The notes beneath the pieces are model-generated. The model saw only the letters and a program-made list of their open reading frames with translations, was not told the origin of the DNA and ran no database searches. Shown here piece after piece: positions 1 to 14,200 of a stretch of 64,000 bases of DNA. Positions within the stretch are counted from its first letter, which is position 1. Each line of letters starts with the position of its first letter. The position numbers were made by a program, and so were the translations under genes. This DNA is from Owenia fusiformis (lineage: Eukaryota): the NCBI GenBank assembly GCA_903813345.2, contig CAIIXF020000001.1:32364001-32428000 (forward strand), in the 5' to 3' direction.

Positions 1-790
1 GCCCTACAGAATCTACCAGTGAGCCGAGAGTAATTATTATTCTCAGCGGAACTAACAGAGAGTAGGCCAGGAGTAATCCAATTGAAAGAGTAATTTGAAG
101 AGCAATTGGGAGTACCATGTGAGAGTAAGCCAGGGGTTATCTGAGAGTGGAAAGAGTGGGAAGAGTAACTTGTGAGTAGAGTAAGCCGGGAGTAATCTGA
201 GAGCAGGAATAAACAACGAGTAATCATTGGAGTAATTAAGGAGTTGTCTGAGATTAGGAGTAATCAAGGAGTAATTTGAGAGCAGGAGGAGTAAATTGAG
301 AGTGACCATATTAGCAGAGGAGGAGTAACTTGAGGAATCCAAGAGTAAATTGGAGGAAGCTGAAGAGTAACCAGGAGTATTATTAATTTCGTTGTAAGGA
401 GTAACCAGAGAGTAATTGAGACGATCAAACAAGACCTTAGAAGAGACTGAGTAGCCAAGTGAATATAATTTTCAGGACATTGAGAGTAGTATTTCTTTAT
501 GAACAATTCAGTGATGATAGACATTTGAGTTTTATTTTATCAGAGCATTTGAGTAATAATAAGGACTTTGAGATTACTCTTTGAGTATATGAGAATAAAT
601 AAAGACAGTAGACATACATTATTTGAGTAGATTGCTATTTTATTGTAATTTTTATTGTAATTGTACAAATATATGTGTTTTTGTTGCCATTAATTCTTGT
701 CGTGTATGTTCTCTTAAGCCGCAGTACCACCAAACCAGGTCTGCGCCCACGTAGATAATCTGTGAGAATCCCATAATAAAATATTTGTCA
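1..790 (+). repeat. GAGTA-motif-rich, purine-skewed degenerate repeat, possibly the 3' part of a solo LTR
   Basis: GAG(T/C)A recurs every ~10-20 nt from ~25 to ~630, then a T/GT-rich tract ending ...ATATTTGTCA at 790 (LTRs end in CA). The other end is outside the window, so no TSD can be checked. The LTR call is inference. Confidence 0.3.
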
Positions 791-1031
791 GTGACTTGAC
801 CTCTCCACACTACCACATTTTGGCCAGGTCCGACAATATAGGGAAATTTTGTTTTCTTAGCTTCCGATTAATAAATGTCATTTGACCGATCGGCGACGAG
901 GGTATAAAAAGCGATGTGTCCGTCACAGAGCAATAAAAGTTGATTTCATCTTTACATGAAGATAGGATCATCTTAACGGGCGATCTTAGAATTCAGGGGC
1001 TCTCTTCTTACCTGAAGCGTTCTCATTATAG

Positions 1032-1996
1032 GATAGGTCGTCGTTGGCCTCTATGTGCCACGCATGTATTTGGAGGCGTTGCATGTGTGATCACCCCTTT
1101 CATTCCAATGGCAACTTCTTCAGGAATAGATATATCATGGATTAGTATTACGATGGCCATGTTAGGCAAGTTTGGTATCACTGCGTCTTTCACCATACTT
1201 TTCATATACGGTCCTGAGATATACCCAACTGTCATCAGGTAACCTATTATTGTTATATTTCATTCTCAAAATGTTATAGTAAAACACTTTTGTCCAAAAT
1301 CCTTACATGCTTTATAAGTTACAAGGTTATTCTTAAATGTTACAAACCACTTCCCTTATTTTTAATGTTAAATTTCTACAACATGTAATTGTTTAATTAC
1401 ATTGATAAGATTATCCTTTTGCACACTACATATTTACTCATATGTTTGGAGTATTTATGGGCCAGCAACGAGTTTAAACATAATAAAAATTCTTGTAAGA
1501 GTATGATGTTATCGATCACGTCAGAGACATTTGAAACATTTTTAATTAACAAAATACCGATACTAATTTCACAGTTATCAATGACTTCATAGTCTAGTTT
1601 ACATTAGTGTTCATAAAAACTCTACAATTACAATACAAAGTGTAAATTTAATATATTGACACCATGTGCAATTACATGCGAACACTTTTCAATATATCTT
1701 GTTATTCATCTCCTTTCAGAAACACTGGATCTGGCTTTGGTTCGATGTGGGGACGGCTGGGAGGCATTTTGTATCCATATATCATCTATTTCAACAAAGT
1801 TGAACAACTTGGTGATTTCAGGACTTATATGCCCATGGTTATTCTCGGAGTGTTGTCAATAGTTGCAGGATTCCTCGCTCTTCCGCTTCCAGAAACCAAC
1901 AACAGACCTCTACCCGAAACCATAAATGACTTGGAACATTATGAAGAATTTTGTAAAATGCATTCTAAACTAAATAATGAAAATGCAAATATTTAA
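1032..1996 (+). CDS. SLC22/organic cation transporter family (MFS), last two exons: 1032-1238 and 1720-1996; 5' part lies outside the window
   Basis: AG/GT sites join in phase 2 to give ...IGRRWPL...AMLGKFGITASF...GPEIYPTVIR|NTGSGFGSMWGRLGGILYP...LPLPETNNRPLPETI..., the characteristic SLC22 C-terminal motifs (ELxPTxxR, LPETxxxxLPET). AATAAA at 2017-2022. Confidence 0.9.
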
Positions 1997-2266
1997 TTTA
2001 AAGATAATTTGGAAACAATAAAGTAAAAGTAGTGGTAATTGTTATTCTTTACTGAAAGTCTAAAACACTTTAGTAAGTCTAAAAACTAAACCCGAAACTG
2101 AACAAAATAGCTTAAGATGGATGGAACACAAGTGTATATTTTTGACTATTCACCGTATTTACAATTATTATTTTCATCTTGAATTTAATCTTTATGATAC
2201 AGATATCATGTCTTCATGTACCAGGTATATAAACTGTATTATTGCAACATCCCATTTTGAGATAAT

Positions 2267-5200
2267 CTACGCGTTAGTAGCGGTATCGTTTATGTATCCA
2301 AAATTGTTCACAGGGGCAGGAGATGAAAGGTCTATCCCTTGAGAATTACTATATAGCGGATTGTTCATGTTCATGTTTTTACTGATTTCTCGGTGCAACA
2401 CTGATAGTTGACGCTTCTTCCTTATGAAAAAGGCTGCTACAACCAGCAGGGCCAAAGCAGCTATAACTCCTATCACTATACCAGCTATTGCTCCTCCACT
2501 GAGTGGTTTTTTACCTGTAAGTTAAGCACACAGATTATGCAAGTCTAAAGAGTACCCAAAAGCAAGCCACGTAAGAAAATAATGCGAATAATGCGACCAC
2601 TATTCAAATAGAACAATATTTAAGTCAGAAACACAAAAATACTTTAAAGAAATCAGAAAATTATTGCCAGACCCACATTATGCCTTGGTCACATTTGCCC
2701 CGATCTTCACTACGGCGCTAGGCCGATTGAGTATTTTGTTCAAAATTGAATACAATATTGAACAAAACACTCAATCGGCCGGGCGCCGGCCGATTGATCG
2801 GAGCATATGTGACCCCGGCACCCGCCAAGGCATAAGGCAGCATTTTGACGGACTGGCTGACTCACGGAAGAACGAAAGAAGGGAGGGCTTCACTATATCC
2901 CTACCGAACTTCGTTCGTTGGGATGATAAACTGTTATGATGTTGCCATAGACAGAGGGGAAGAAGGGGTGTAATATCAGTTAATGGTTAATATATCTTAC
3001 CAGTGTTTGGTTGAGCTGTGTTAGATTGACGGATAGTTGTTGAGCCACCTGCAGGTAATGTAAATGCCCTTCTTGTTGTTCTAATTCCATTTAAAGGTGT
3101 TGTCTGTAACCATGGGGGCAGGGTAAATATTCTGGTAGTGCCGGGCGTGGGCGGCAGAGTGAACGTATTCTTAGCGGACGTTGTCATTACAGTGGTGGTG
3201 GGTGGGGTTAGACTGGTCGTCAACTGGCGAGTTGTCGACCTTGATGGTAATGTTGCTGGTGTTTCTAAAATTAAACTAACATTATTGTCATCGCAGTTCT
3301 ATAATTTAAATAAAACTTGCATGAAAAGCGACACGATTTCAATACAAAAAAATCCAAAATTGCCGTCTTAACATTTACCCAGAATGCCCAAAAGCTAAAA
3401 GTTAACGGTTTTCATACAAAGAATCATCCCTGAAAATTTGAAATCGATCTGTCAAACAGTTCGCCTGGAAACACATAGTCAAAACGTTACAAGATTTTAG
3501 GACGAAAAATCCCAAATGGCCACCTTATGGCCAAATGGCCACCTAAAGCAACAGAGGATCGTGTTTGAATAACGGCTTCCAATCCTCCTTGCAGACAAGC
3601 ATTTACTAGCATTTGACTTCCAAAAGGCCGACAAGAAATATGTATCGAGGCGAACATTTTTCTTCCGCTTCTGTATGTCTATTATATAAAGCTGAGCTAA
3701 TTATACCCCCTATTCACTCTTTCAATACACACTTGGAGACTCCATGTATCTGTTAATGTCAAAAGCTCAGAAGATTAATTACCCCTTGATCCAGAGCCAC
3801 TGCTTTGTTTACTAGCCTTATCAGGCATTCTGAGATAAGCATAGCATAGATTTCTCTAATGCTATGAAGGCTAGCTTAATTAACCCGCATAAAGAATGTC
3901 TGTTTAAAGTGATTTAAAAACTAGTTTAACTTTGTTTCTGAAAATGATGAACTCTACTATTGGATTCTCTTGTCCAATAAGTACCAAATGGTGAAATCTT
4001 AAGAAAATTGATCCAGTAAAACTCCTAGATATTACTCATTAAGAAGTGTGGGTCATTTCTCAAATATAACATTTGAATTTTCAGAGAGAAACAATTTCTT
4101 GGAATTTCTACTTTTCACTGGTAAAATGTTACAATTAAAGCACTTTTGCAACTACTTATTTCAACAAAATTTTACTTGCAATTAGACTTTTCAAATATCT
4201 TTCACCATCCATAATTCTTTTCTTTAATAACAATTTTGACTTTAGGAAATATGTACCTTAACAAGATCAATGTACGTAGAACTTTCCGTTTTGCTATAGT
4301 ATTTTACCATTAACACAAGGATTTTTCGAGTGAATATATAAAATATATATTATAGGTACTTAATATTTGTTACTACATGTTTATATTTTGATTTCTATGT
4401 ACTACAGACTTATCTCAATAGCATGGATCCAACTTTGCAAAAATAAATAGTTGCAAAGTATTGTTTATGAAGTATTGAATATCAATTACCTTCGGATTTA
4501 TGTGTATTTTTGTTTTTTATGTGTCATTTTCTTGTCTTTATACTTGCTACTATAGCTTTATATTTTGATTTTCAAGTGCAATATACTGTCCTTCATAATA
4601 TGGATCCAACTTTATAAAAAAATATTGTTGCAAAGTATTGTTAATCATGTGTTTCACCAAGAGAAGATTTTAGAAAATGCTCTAGAATTACCCGTACAAA
4701 AAGTAGATTTTAACTTTATTCTGATTTAGCATAATTTCAGAACAGAAGTTTAAAAACAAATCAATTTTGAACCCTGAAATTAACCCGGTCATCTCTTGCT
4801 AACAGTCATGTCACAAACTTTTGTATATTCTTGCTAGAATTGACCAAAACCGTTATTTTGAAATTCAAAAGTGTTAATATTGTTAATAGGGCTGCACAGC
4901 AGCAAGCTTAGTAAACATACGCTACTGGCCTACAAGGGTGTAATTAATCACCCAACTTGCTTGACATAAGAAAGTTCAATTTTAGCAGCTTTTACCCTAG
5001 TGTGAATAGTTGAATAGTAAACACAAAAGAAATCAAACTTTTAACTGTATATGCCATGTTAAATGCAATGCACTTGATGCCTTGGTCACATTTGCTCCGA
5101 TTTTCACTACGGCGCCCGGCCGATTGAGTATTTTGTTCAAAATTGAATACACTATTGAACAAAACACTCAATCGGCCGGGCGCCGGCCGATGGATCGGAG

Positions 5201-8200
5201 CATATGTGACCCAGGCATTAGCTAAACTAAATACACCCACTCACTTCTCAATAAGCTTACCCCAGTCATTTTTCCTAATACCCAAGACTCATTGTTTATC
5301 CCTAACTTAAAAATATGTCGTTTCAAAAATTAGAATATAATCATTGGACCTACGTTTGTCTGCTTTGCAAATGTACCATCTTCCCTCATTGCACATATGA
5401 TCGTTCCATGTCCCCGACTCTGAATACATTTCTACACAGTTTTCGTTCGACCCTTCTTTATCAGATGGTTCACCATTTTGCCAGTTGACGTAGCTAACAG
5501 GCTTTCCATCATTCCAGAAGAAACCACCACCTATTCAAAATAATCATTACTGCTGCTAGTATTGTACTCAAAATACACCTAAATGGAAGTTCTATATGTA
5601 TGCATCTTCTCATATAGTTAAAAATCAGATATACATGTACATGTATACATGTACACGAATTCTCGTAATACATACTTATAATCAGTAAAAGCGCTTCGCA
5701 ACTTTTTTGATGTCATATTGTATTGGAAATCTTTTTTGGATTTGTTGTAATGGATTGTATTTTTGATATGTTTGGAGTAGGTTTTGACGGACGGGATACT
5801 CGATACAAGTCTGTATTTCATATGGAATCGTGAAAGACCAATTCTTCTAACATAAACAAACCTGCACGTTGCAAGAGTCCAATCCAAAGTCCACCTCTAG
5901 CACCAGGCTTCTGGATTTGAATCTGGTCCATGATAAACTGGTTCTCCTCAAGATCTGCTATAGATGCTAGTTTACCACCTATGGTTAAAGAGGAAGAAGA
6001 TTCGTGTTCAATATTAATTGAATTGATAACATTCAACAGAGGGACACTAAGATAAACCAAATTAAATAGGCGATTGAGGACAACTTGTCCCAAATCGGAT
6101 TCGCATCCAAGCGCAAAATGTTTTATTCTCCAACTCGAATGTACCAAATATTTATAAGGGACCGGTAAAGATGTTGAATGTGCCAATGCCACAAGTTCCA
6201 CAAAGCATTATAAATCATTCTTATGCAGTTACTGGTACAGACTGAAATTTGTTTTGTATTCACCTTTTACCATACATTCAAGATCAGCTAAAGTCCACGA
6301 CTCCTTCTTGTCCCCTGTGTAGATGTAGTAGCAAGCAGACGTCCCAGTTATCCAATCATCACTTGGACACGTCCCGGGAATGAACGGTTGAGTAGGTGGA
6401 GGGATGGCTATCATAAAATCATAAAATGTTTCTCAATGTTTTATGAAATAACCACATCCATAACCCCTTTGATAACAGATATTAGTTGCACTTACCACTT
6501 GTTGTTTTGCAAATGAATGGGTGTATACCAGTACACAACGTGTCGTTCCAGGTCCCATCTGGGTTTCTAACAACACAACCCTCCCCAGGGCCTTTGCTAG
6601 GTTCATTGTTGCCCCAGTTGGTATATCGTACAGGCCATTGATCACTCCATCTGTAGTTACCTTTCGACTTTAATGGAAAAGGAAAAACATATTCACCTTC
6701 AATATGGCTACTTGGTCTGACCATGCAATATAAAAGGTAACCGGACAACTCATCCCCTAGACGACTCATCCTTGGACAACTCATCCCCTTGACAACACAT
6801 CCCCTAGACAACTCATCCCCTAGACAAGTCATGCCTTAGACAACTCATCCAATGGACAACTCATCCCCTGGACGACTAATCCTTTGGCATGTTTGACTAT
6901 AGAATTTAATATTGTATTACAAATTCATATTTTTCAAATGATTTTTAAATGTTTTGGTTGTGAATGTGGTCCGCTTTAAGTTTCAAAAAACATATATTAC
7001 ATGAACACTTACTCCACTCGATTACGCTGTTGATCCGTTTGGGTAACAAAATGTTGGAGCCTCGAAGGCATATACGATTTTTCTTTTTTCCTTATTTCAC
7101 AATCATGTTGTAGGCAGAATTCCCATGACATTCTATATCTCGCGTTTGTTACTTTACGTAAACAGAACTTCTTAAATGATTAAGGCCTGCACTTCAAACC
7201 CGTTCCGTTTATGTAACAATAGTGAGATATTAAATCAACGATTCTGTTGTCTTCTGTACTATTTGGTTGCATATATGTACATTTTCTTAAACATATGATA
7301 CCAACAAATGTTTGTGATAAAATGTTGTGGGAATTCTGCCTGCAACACCGGAATTAGGAATTAGGAAAAAATCTAAATCGATCGTACCTTTGAGGTTCCG
7401 ACTATTTGTTACGTTCGGTTTCAGTAACAAGCATAATCTAGCGGAGTACCAGTGATAAATAAAAACGTTCTGGAGGGGAATACGAGGGGTGATCAATAAG
7501 TAATGGACGCTTTTTTACACAGATACTTTTTATAGACCAATCCCTTTGATTTTCCTACCAGTGATACATCATTCAATTATCTATCAATTCTGAAGATTTG
7601 AAGACAAGATATATAATACATATTGATATATCCTTATTTCCGTGAAGGAGGTACAGGTACCCCGGGACCGACATTTACGTCACATATTCAGATTTTAGCC
7701 AGTTTGGTAAATTTCAGTTAGATTTGAACGTTTTATATGCAACAAGTGTTGTGTTGTTTAAATTTTTTTGCTGACTGGTAACACATAAACAGAAAGTATT
7801 GTAATGTCAGAGTGTTGTATGGAAGGGGTTTGCAGGTCAATTTGAGAACGCATTCAGTGGAAGAAAGGGGTGGTGAGGGAAGGGAACACCCTATTCCATA
7901 TGGACAATGCACCTGCCCACAGATCTCAAATTGTTCAGAAAACAATATCCCTGGACCTCAAAATTGAACCCTTGTACAATGCACCCTATTGTCCAGATCT
8001 GCACATGCGACTTGTTTATTTCTATACTACTTATTTCTATAGAGAAAGGACGCAGGTTTATTGACATTGATGAAATAAAACAACCCGTGCAACTGCATAT
8101 TGCTACCATGTCAGAGAATGGATTCAGCCTTGTCTCACTATCTTGAGTTAAGAGGATGAGGAATTGTGTACATGTAGCACTTGATGGAAACTATTTAGAG

Positions 8201-11200
8201 GGCCCTGTGGAATGAATGTGGCATGAATACCACATAGTGATGATAAAATATTCATAATTATTATACTATATTACTATGGCATAACAAAACAGGGTAATTC
8301 ATGACCATAATGGTTTGTTTTGTTCAGCCTGCATTCAACTGCATTGCATGTTAAACAATCTAAAATAGCTTCAAAATATGTGACATAAATGTCGGTCCCG
8401 GGGTACCTGTACCTCCTTCACGGAAATAAAGATATATCAACATTTAATATATATATTGTCTTCAAATCTTCAGAGTTGATAGATAATTGAATGATGTATC
8501 ACTGGTAAGCAAATCGAAGGGATTGGTTTATAAAAAGCATCTGTGTAAAAAAGCGTCCATTACTTATTGATCACCCCTCGTATTGTTAAAAAATGATTTT
8601 GTCAAAGAGATAATCAACCAATTGATCTGTGATTTGTTTTTTAAATATTTACTTTTAATTTCAATATGATATTAACATTGATTGAAGGGGGATGAATTGT
8701 CTAGGGAATGAGATGTCCAGGGATGATTTGTCTAGGGGATGAGTTGTCCGTAAACCATATAAAACACTTAAAGAAACATGTTACATATAGTAAAACGTGT
8801 TAGTGAACATCTCTCTCTCTCTCTCCAGTGAAACCCTCTCTACAGTTAACATTTTATTCGGTAAAGCCCCTTTCTCCCATTGACTTCCATGTTAAAGTTC
8901 ATTCCTATAGAGAACGTCTATCTATTATGAACAGCGAACATTAAATCTTGGCAAAATTAATTGAATTTTCCTGTGAAGTGAACATTGAATCAGATTTCTC
9001 ACGAATTCTTTGTAACTACCTTTTGGAATATGAATGGAATAGTGGCAGGTACTATTCATATTTATAGGAGTTGTATATAAAACGTACTTTAAACCGTCAA
9101 CCTGCAGTTGAATTCGCGAATACTACCTTAATCTGGTTTTGATACCCGTCAATTAAAAAAATATTAGATAAGAATAGGAACAATACATGATAATGTTCTT
9201 CAATAAATTATATTTCAATTTATAATTGACTCAATTGTGACATCGCCAACATCTTGATTAAAGTACTATTATAATGAATAGATTAAAATACAATAATATA
9301 AGGATGAAAAAACTAATCGCAAGAGTGTCGATAAACTTATCATGAGTAGAAAAGGCGAAAGGATTTGATGTTGTCTGACAATTATGGAATTTTTGCCGCA
9401 AATTAATGTTGTTCATGTACAGTGTATATAACTAGAAGTGGAGTTGCAAATCCCACAGAACAAAACAGGTTTTGATAATTTGTAGATAACCAAAAGAGAT
9501 GACCAAAAATTAGAAATTGAATTGACTTTTCCCTCTATAGCCTTGTTAAATAACTGGTCAAAAATGTTTTACGACAAAGTGCCGCGAAATACAACTTTGC
9601 TATTATGTTATTCTCGGTAAAAATGTGCAATCAACAAAGGTTTTTCTGTAGTTGATTAACGAATAATACTTACGACTTGATCGGATAACCCTATCCATAC
9701 AGGTTCAACTATAGTAGGAGAACTCAGCATTGCATGAATAAATGCATTTTCAAAAGCACTATGAATGGATACGAGAGATGCTCCATCCAGCTGACAGTTA
9801 CTGCTTGCTGCCGACCATTGCATTGATGTGAGCACTAGCTTGTAGCAACCGTCTGTGTAGGGAGAGTAGCCATCTAGGCAGCTGTTGGGTGGCGTCACCG
9901 GTGCTGTGATTATGGGGTTTGACAGATCTGTTAAAACATGACATGCATGTACCTGTACGTATACATGGACATTCTCAGCTCATCAACTTAAATACAGTTG
10001 ATCCTTTCATGAAAGTGACAAAAGATCAGAGAACCGATGATGTTTAAAAATGATATTGTTCATTTCAAGCCATTCGTTTAGTAAAGCTGGACAATATCAT
10101 CAAAGCAAACATGAAAAAGCTAATACGAGCAAAAGCTATTCTAATATGTGTATATCCACCTTTATAAACTTGACAAACATATCCTTTGGGTTCATCACAG
10201 TTGAAGTCGTCCCACTTTCCTTTCCACCCTGGATCCACTTTAACATTTGCACAGTGTTTCTACAATCATATCGATAAAATATAAATAACAAATCATTAAA
10301 AAACAAATCGCGCGCGCTTTACTTTAAAACATTTTTTGTTAGTATTCTACCTCATTCCATCCAGAGTTTGGTTCTCCTTGTCCCCAGTTAGTGTAGACAA
10401 CATCCTCATTGTTAGCCCACCTCCAGTCTCCGTGAATGATTCTCTCGTTCAAACCAATCCAAAGATCTGTTGATCTTCCCTTCAACATCGCAGTTATAAC
10501 AGCTAAAATTATAAGTTGCTGAATGTGAAATTGTATATGCATGTTGAATTTAAAAGTAATGAAGAAATTCCGAGCTTTCGCTGAGAAATTGTTTTGAAAG
10601 CACAGTACATACAAGATTCCAAATTGCTGTTGATTGTAGCTAGATCATATGCCAAGCCATTTCTACGACAAGTCTCAACAGCATCAGTCCAGCTTAAACG
10701 GTCGGCTATATCTTCGCCAAACAATCCAAAACACTTGTTGCCTGTAAGTAAATGAAATAGACTAAGGACAAAATCAAAAACCACAAAAACATAAACATAT
10801 AATGGAAGATATCCTCTGATTTATGAGTAATATGACTCGTATTCATGAATGGATATGAGGGCATCATGAGTAAATCATGGTGACTGGCCGGCTATTGTTA
10901 CTGTCAGATTCGAGTAACGAAAATCCATTAACCCTCGGATAGGGAGCCGTTATGTACCTAGAACCTCAGTATTTGTTCCACCAACAGTAGAACGAGAATT
11001 GCCTTTTACGTTTTTTTATAAAGTTTGACGACATTTTTTTTAAAGAAAAGTTATCAAACATTGTCTGAAGAGCAGATTTAATTTTACTTTGGCCATTATG
11101 AAAGGTTCGGGTGTTTTTGCTCATTTTTACTCCCGCTTCTCCCGATTGCCATGGTAGCTATAAGACTTTGATAACCATGACAATTTGGTTTTTAAGGATA

Positions 11201-14200
11201 TTTACCGCCTGGTGGTAGCTGAACCAAGTTTGACGGAAAATGGGCCTGGGTTGATATGCCAACAGTAAGGTCGATTGTGGCATGTAGTGAGTCGTCAAAC
11301 CATTTTTGCCGCATGTTGGTGCTTATTTTCCATTTATAGTAGTTTGGTACCACCGTGGCGTCACAATATACAGCATGACGTGATACGGGTAGCAAATTGA
11401 AGATGATACCAAACATGTCACTATTCATTTGAATGAAATCGTAATTGGAATAAACCCAAAAGGTACTGTATGCCACTCTCCTACCCAATCCATTTTCAGG
11501 CCATTAAACACATCAATATCTTTAAATAATCCAGGCATCTTCGGGGATCGTTTTGTGCCCTCTTTTAATTCAAAATATCATGCCAGCATACCATTTTACA
11601 TGTCAAAAATTTCTCAATTATCTACAGACACTTGCGATGAATAAGAAAACATGTGCCCATAATATTATGTGATACAAACAAAGACAAAGATCCAAAAATG
11701 GCGCCTAAAAGGGGATACTTTATAGTTGACGTAATGCTTTGATATTTGAATTAAATCATACTTATATGACATGGAACATTTGTCCAAATATCGTGCGTGG
11801 ACGCCGTAGTTCAACGATATAGTCCACCACTTAAGGGAAGGTTACTGCAAATGTATGATATGGTAACGGTTATGAAACCAAAATCCCAGTCACCTTCCCT
11901 TAATATAAGCGGTGGAAGATATATGCGAAGGTGACACTGTAACTTTCGCTTGATATTAACCAGTGCTAGTGTTTTCACAGTGAATAGTGTTGTATTTAAT
12001 GATGTTATAAATAAATCAAATTATCAGACAAATAATCTTTAGATGAATAACCTTTAACTTTACGACCGCTTCAATGCGATCTCCTGTTTTGGGTCGTGCA
12101 TGAAAAACAACTCACCAACTCCGTTGTAGCCTTGTGGACAGTAACCAGGAACTTCAACAGTTGGAGGAAGAGTTCTGGCATCTATGCTCTCATTTCTAGA
12201 CTTGCAAATAAATCCAAGTGGGTCTCCACAGTTGTCGTCATTCCAAAACCCTTTAGGGAACAAATCCATACATACAGTCTTAATATACAGATATGGATTT
12301 AATAGTATGTATTTCATCTCCAAAACAGTTTCAATAACTGAGAAGTACAGCCAATGTCTTGGGAAATCTAGAAAGAGAGACTTAACTACTAACTAAAGAA
12401 AAAAGCAATTATCTAAGATTGTAATTGTTATCTTGTGAGAACAATTTAAGTTAAAATATTTACCATTAAACGCATAAAGATCAACACATCTCTGTCCAAA
12501 ATTGTAGTCATTTGGTTCTCCCTCTGCCCATATGACTAACGATGTTGGTGAGCCATCTGACCACCTTCAATACGAAAATAGTTTATATAACACAATTGTC
12601 CCATTCTGATTTATCAGATCTCTTAGCAACGTTTCTTCAAAGAAAGAGTATGAGTTGTGGATATCACATTTGCATTTATCCACAATCTTAAAACGTTATG
12701 CACAAGCAAAATAAAAACGCAATGGCCTCATAAAATCTTACTTGTAACCGTCTAGCTCTAGTTCATTCAATCCGATCCATAATTTGTCATTTGATGTTTT
12801 TCCAGTCTGCAATGCAAATAATACAGTTAAAATTATGCCACTCATGTTTCCTAAGAGTTTTTGATATTCTAATACTTCTATAAGGACCCTACAATACATT
12901 TAGATTCAAGTCAATCACTTCGAACATTGAATTCCTATGCAATCTGGTTAAATAAAATACTTTCTGGAAAAGAAGATGTCAATTTACCCATGCAGTAAGA
13001 AAATGGTTTTCGTCTATTGAGTTAATACTAGTGAGATCTCCCCCATGGTCCATGCAATATTTCCTGGCAGCGAACCATGACTTTTTTTCGTAACTCTCAC
13101 TGGCAAAGTAGCAATGGCCGCTCCAATATCTCCAATCGGCTCCATTCGCACAATAGTGTGCTGGAATACGATACAGTTATGAGGCAGAGAGTGATTTCAA
13201 CCACAATCTAATCTCTAAAGTCTCATCAAATACTTCAATCAAATCACCGCATCCTGCAGGTAGGATTCCGACCATGAGCAATCGGCTCCAGCGGAGGCCT
13301 AGGTATCTCTTAAAATTGCCAATAGGCTCTCAGACAATGTCAGAGTAGAGGTCATTTCAATGTCATCAAATGAATGTTGATTTTTTAAGTTGCCTATGGA
13401 CTTTGAGACTGGATTTGTCTATCCCACATCATTTGAGACTGAATGCTCTCTTATGAGCTTATATCTTTTATGAGTACTAGTATCTACAACTATTTTTGAT
13501 GTTATGATAATGGTTTTGGGATATATTAGGGTATATTTTTCTTATGACAGGTTTACACTTCGAATTTGATTTTCTAGCTTGGTTTCTTTACACGTTTTTG
13601 GCCATTTCCCCTTGGTTGTTCACGTAATGTTAAAGTCGGAATAGAAATTAATGTCCATATTGTAATAATAATTTCTAGATGCAATACATATTTATATTTA
13701 TGATGCATTAGAAAGTTGAAAGTTGACGGAAATTAGGACAGTGTCTTACCTGGATTAGGAGTTGGTGCAGCAGGAGTAGTCAAAGGCTGTATTCCTGAAT
13801 CAAATAAAAGTTATGTTTTCAATTATGTTTTAATCCCAATGAAATTCTTACAATTTTTTGCGTGAACGTATTACAATGAAAAACTATCCACCGACAAAAA
13901 TAACTTAATAGTTTGCAGGGGTATTGAACTGATTTGCTCGTGATTCCCTTAAATACTTTGACAGTGGATCCGGGGCGTGTTTACTACCAGGTATACTCAT
14001 GTTAAAACATATGTATCGTGCAACCAAGGGAACGCACCTCTTTGGAGCTCACAAATCCAGTTTCTACTAATGTAGCAGTAGCTCAGTCTCCACTTATGAT
14101 TATTGTTGGAGATAAGTTCGGCACAGTTCTCATGACCGAGATGGTCATTTGGTTCATTTGGCTTATCCCAGTTAGAATATTGAAATGGAGACCCGTCATT

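Larger units (their letters stand above)
6736..8756. mobile_element. Non-autonomous DNA transposon with internally repetitive TIRs (17-bp GACAACTCATCCCCTAG units) and 8-bp TSD; hosts two nested elements
   Basis: Starts GGTAACCGGACAACTCATCCCCTAG, ends GGGGATGAGTTGTCCGTAAACC; ATATAAAA on both flanks (6728-6735, 8757-8764). Confidence 0.85.

Noticed and set aside
52..524. Leu/Ser/Tyr-rich minus-strand ORFs
   Set aside because: Low-complexity products of the TACTC motif repeats, with no domain or splice support.
2821..2930. Helentron/HINE-like 3' hairpin end (CTATATCCCTACCGAACTTCGTTCGTTGGGATGATAA)
   Set aside because: Only a short fragment with no identifiable partner end; too weak to annotate.
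2664..5240. Similar short ORFs (...LVTFAPIFTTA.GRLSILFKIEY...) on both strands
   Set aside because: They are translations of the 140-bp palindromic MITE.
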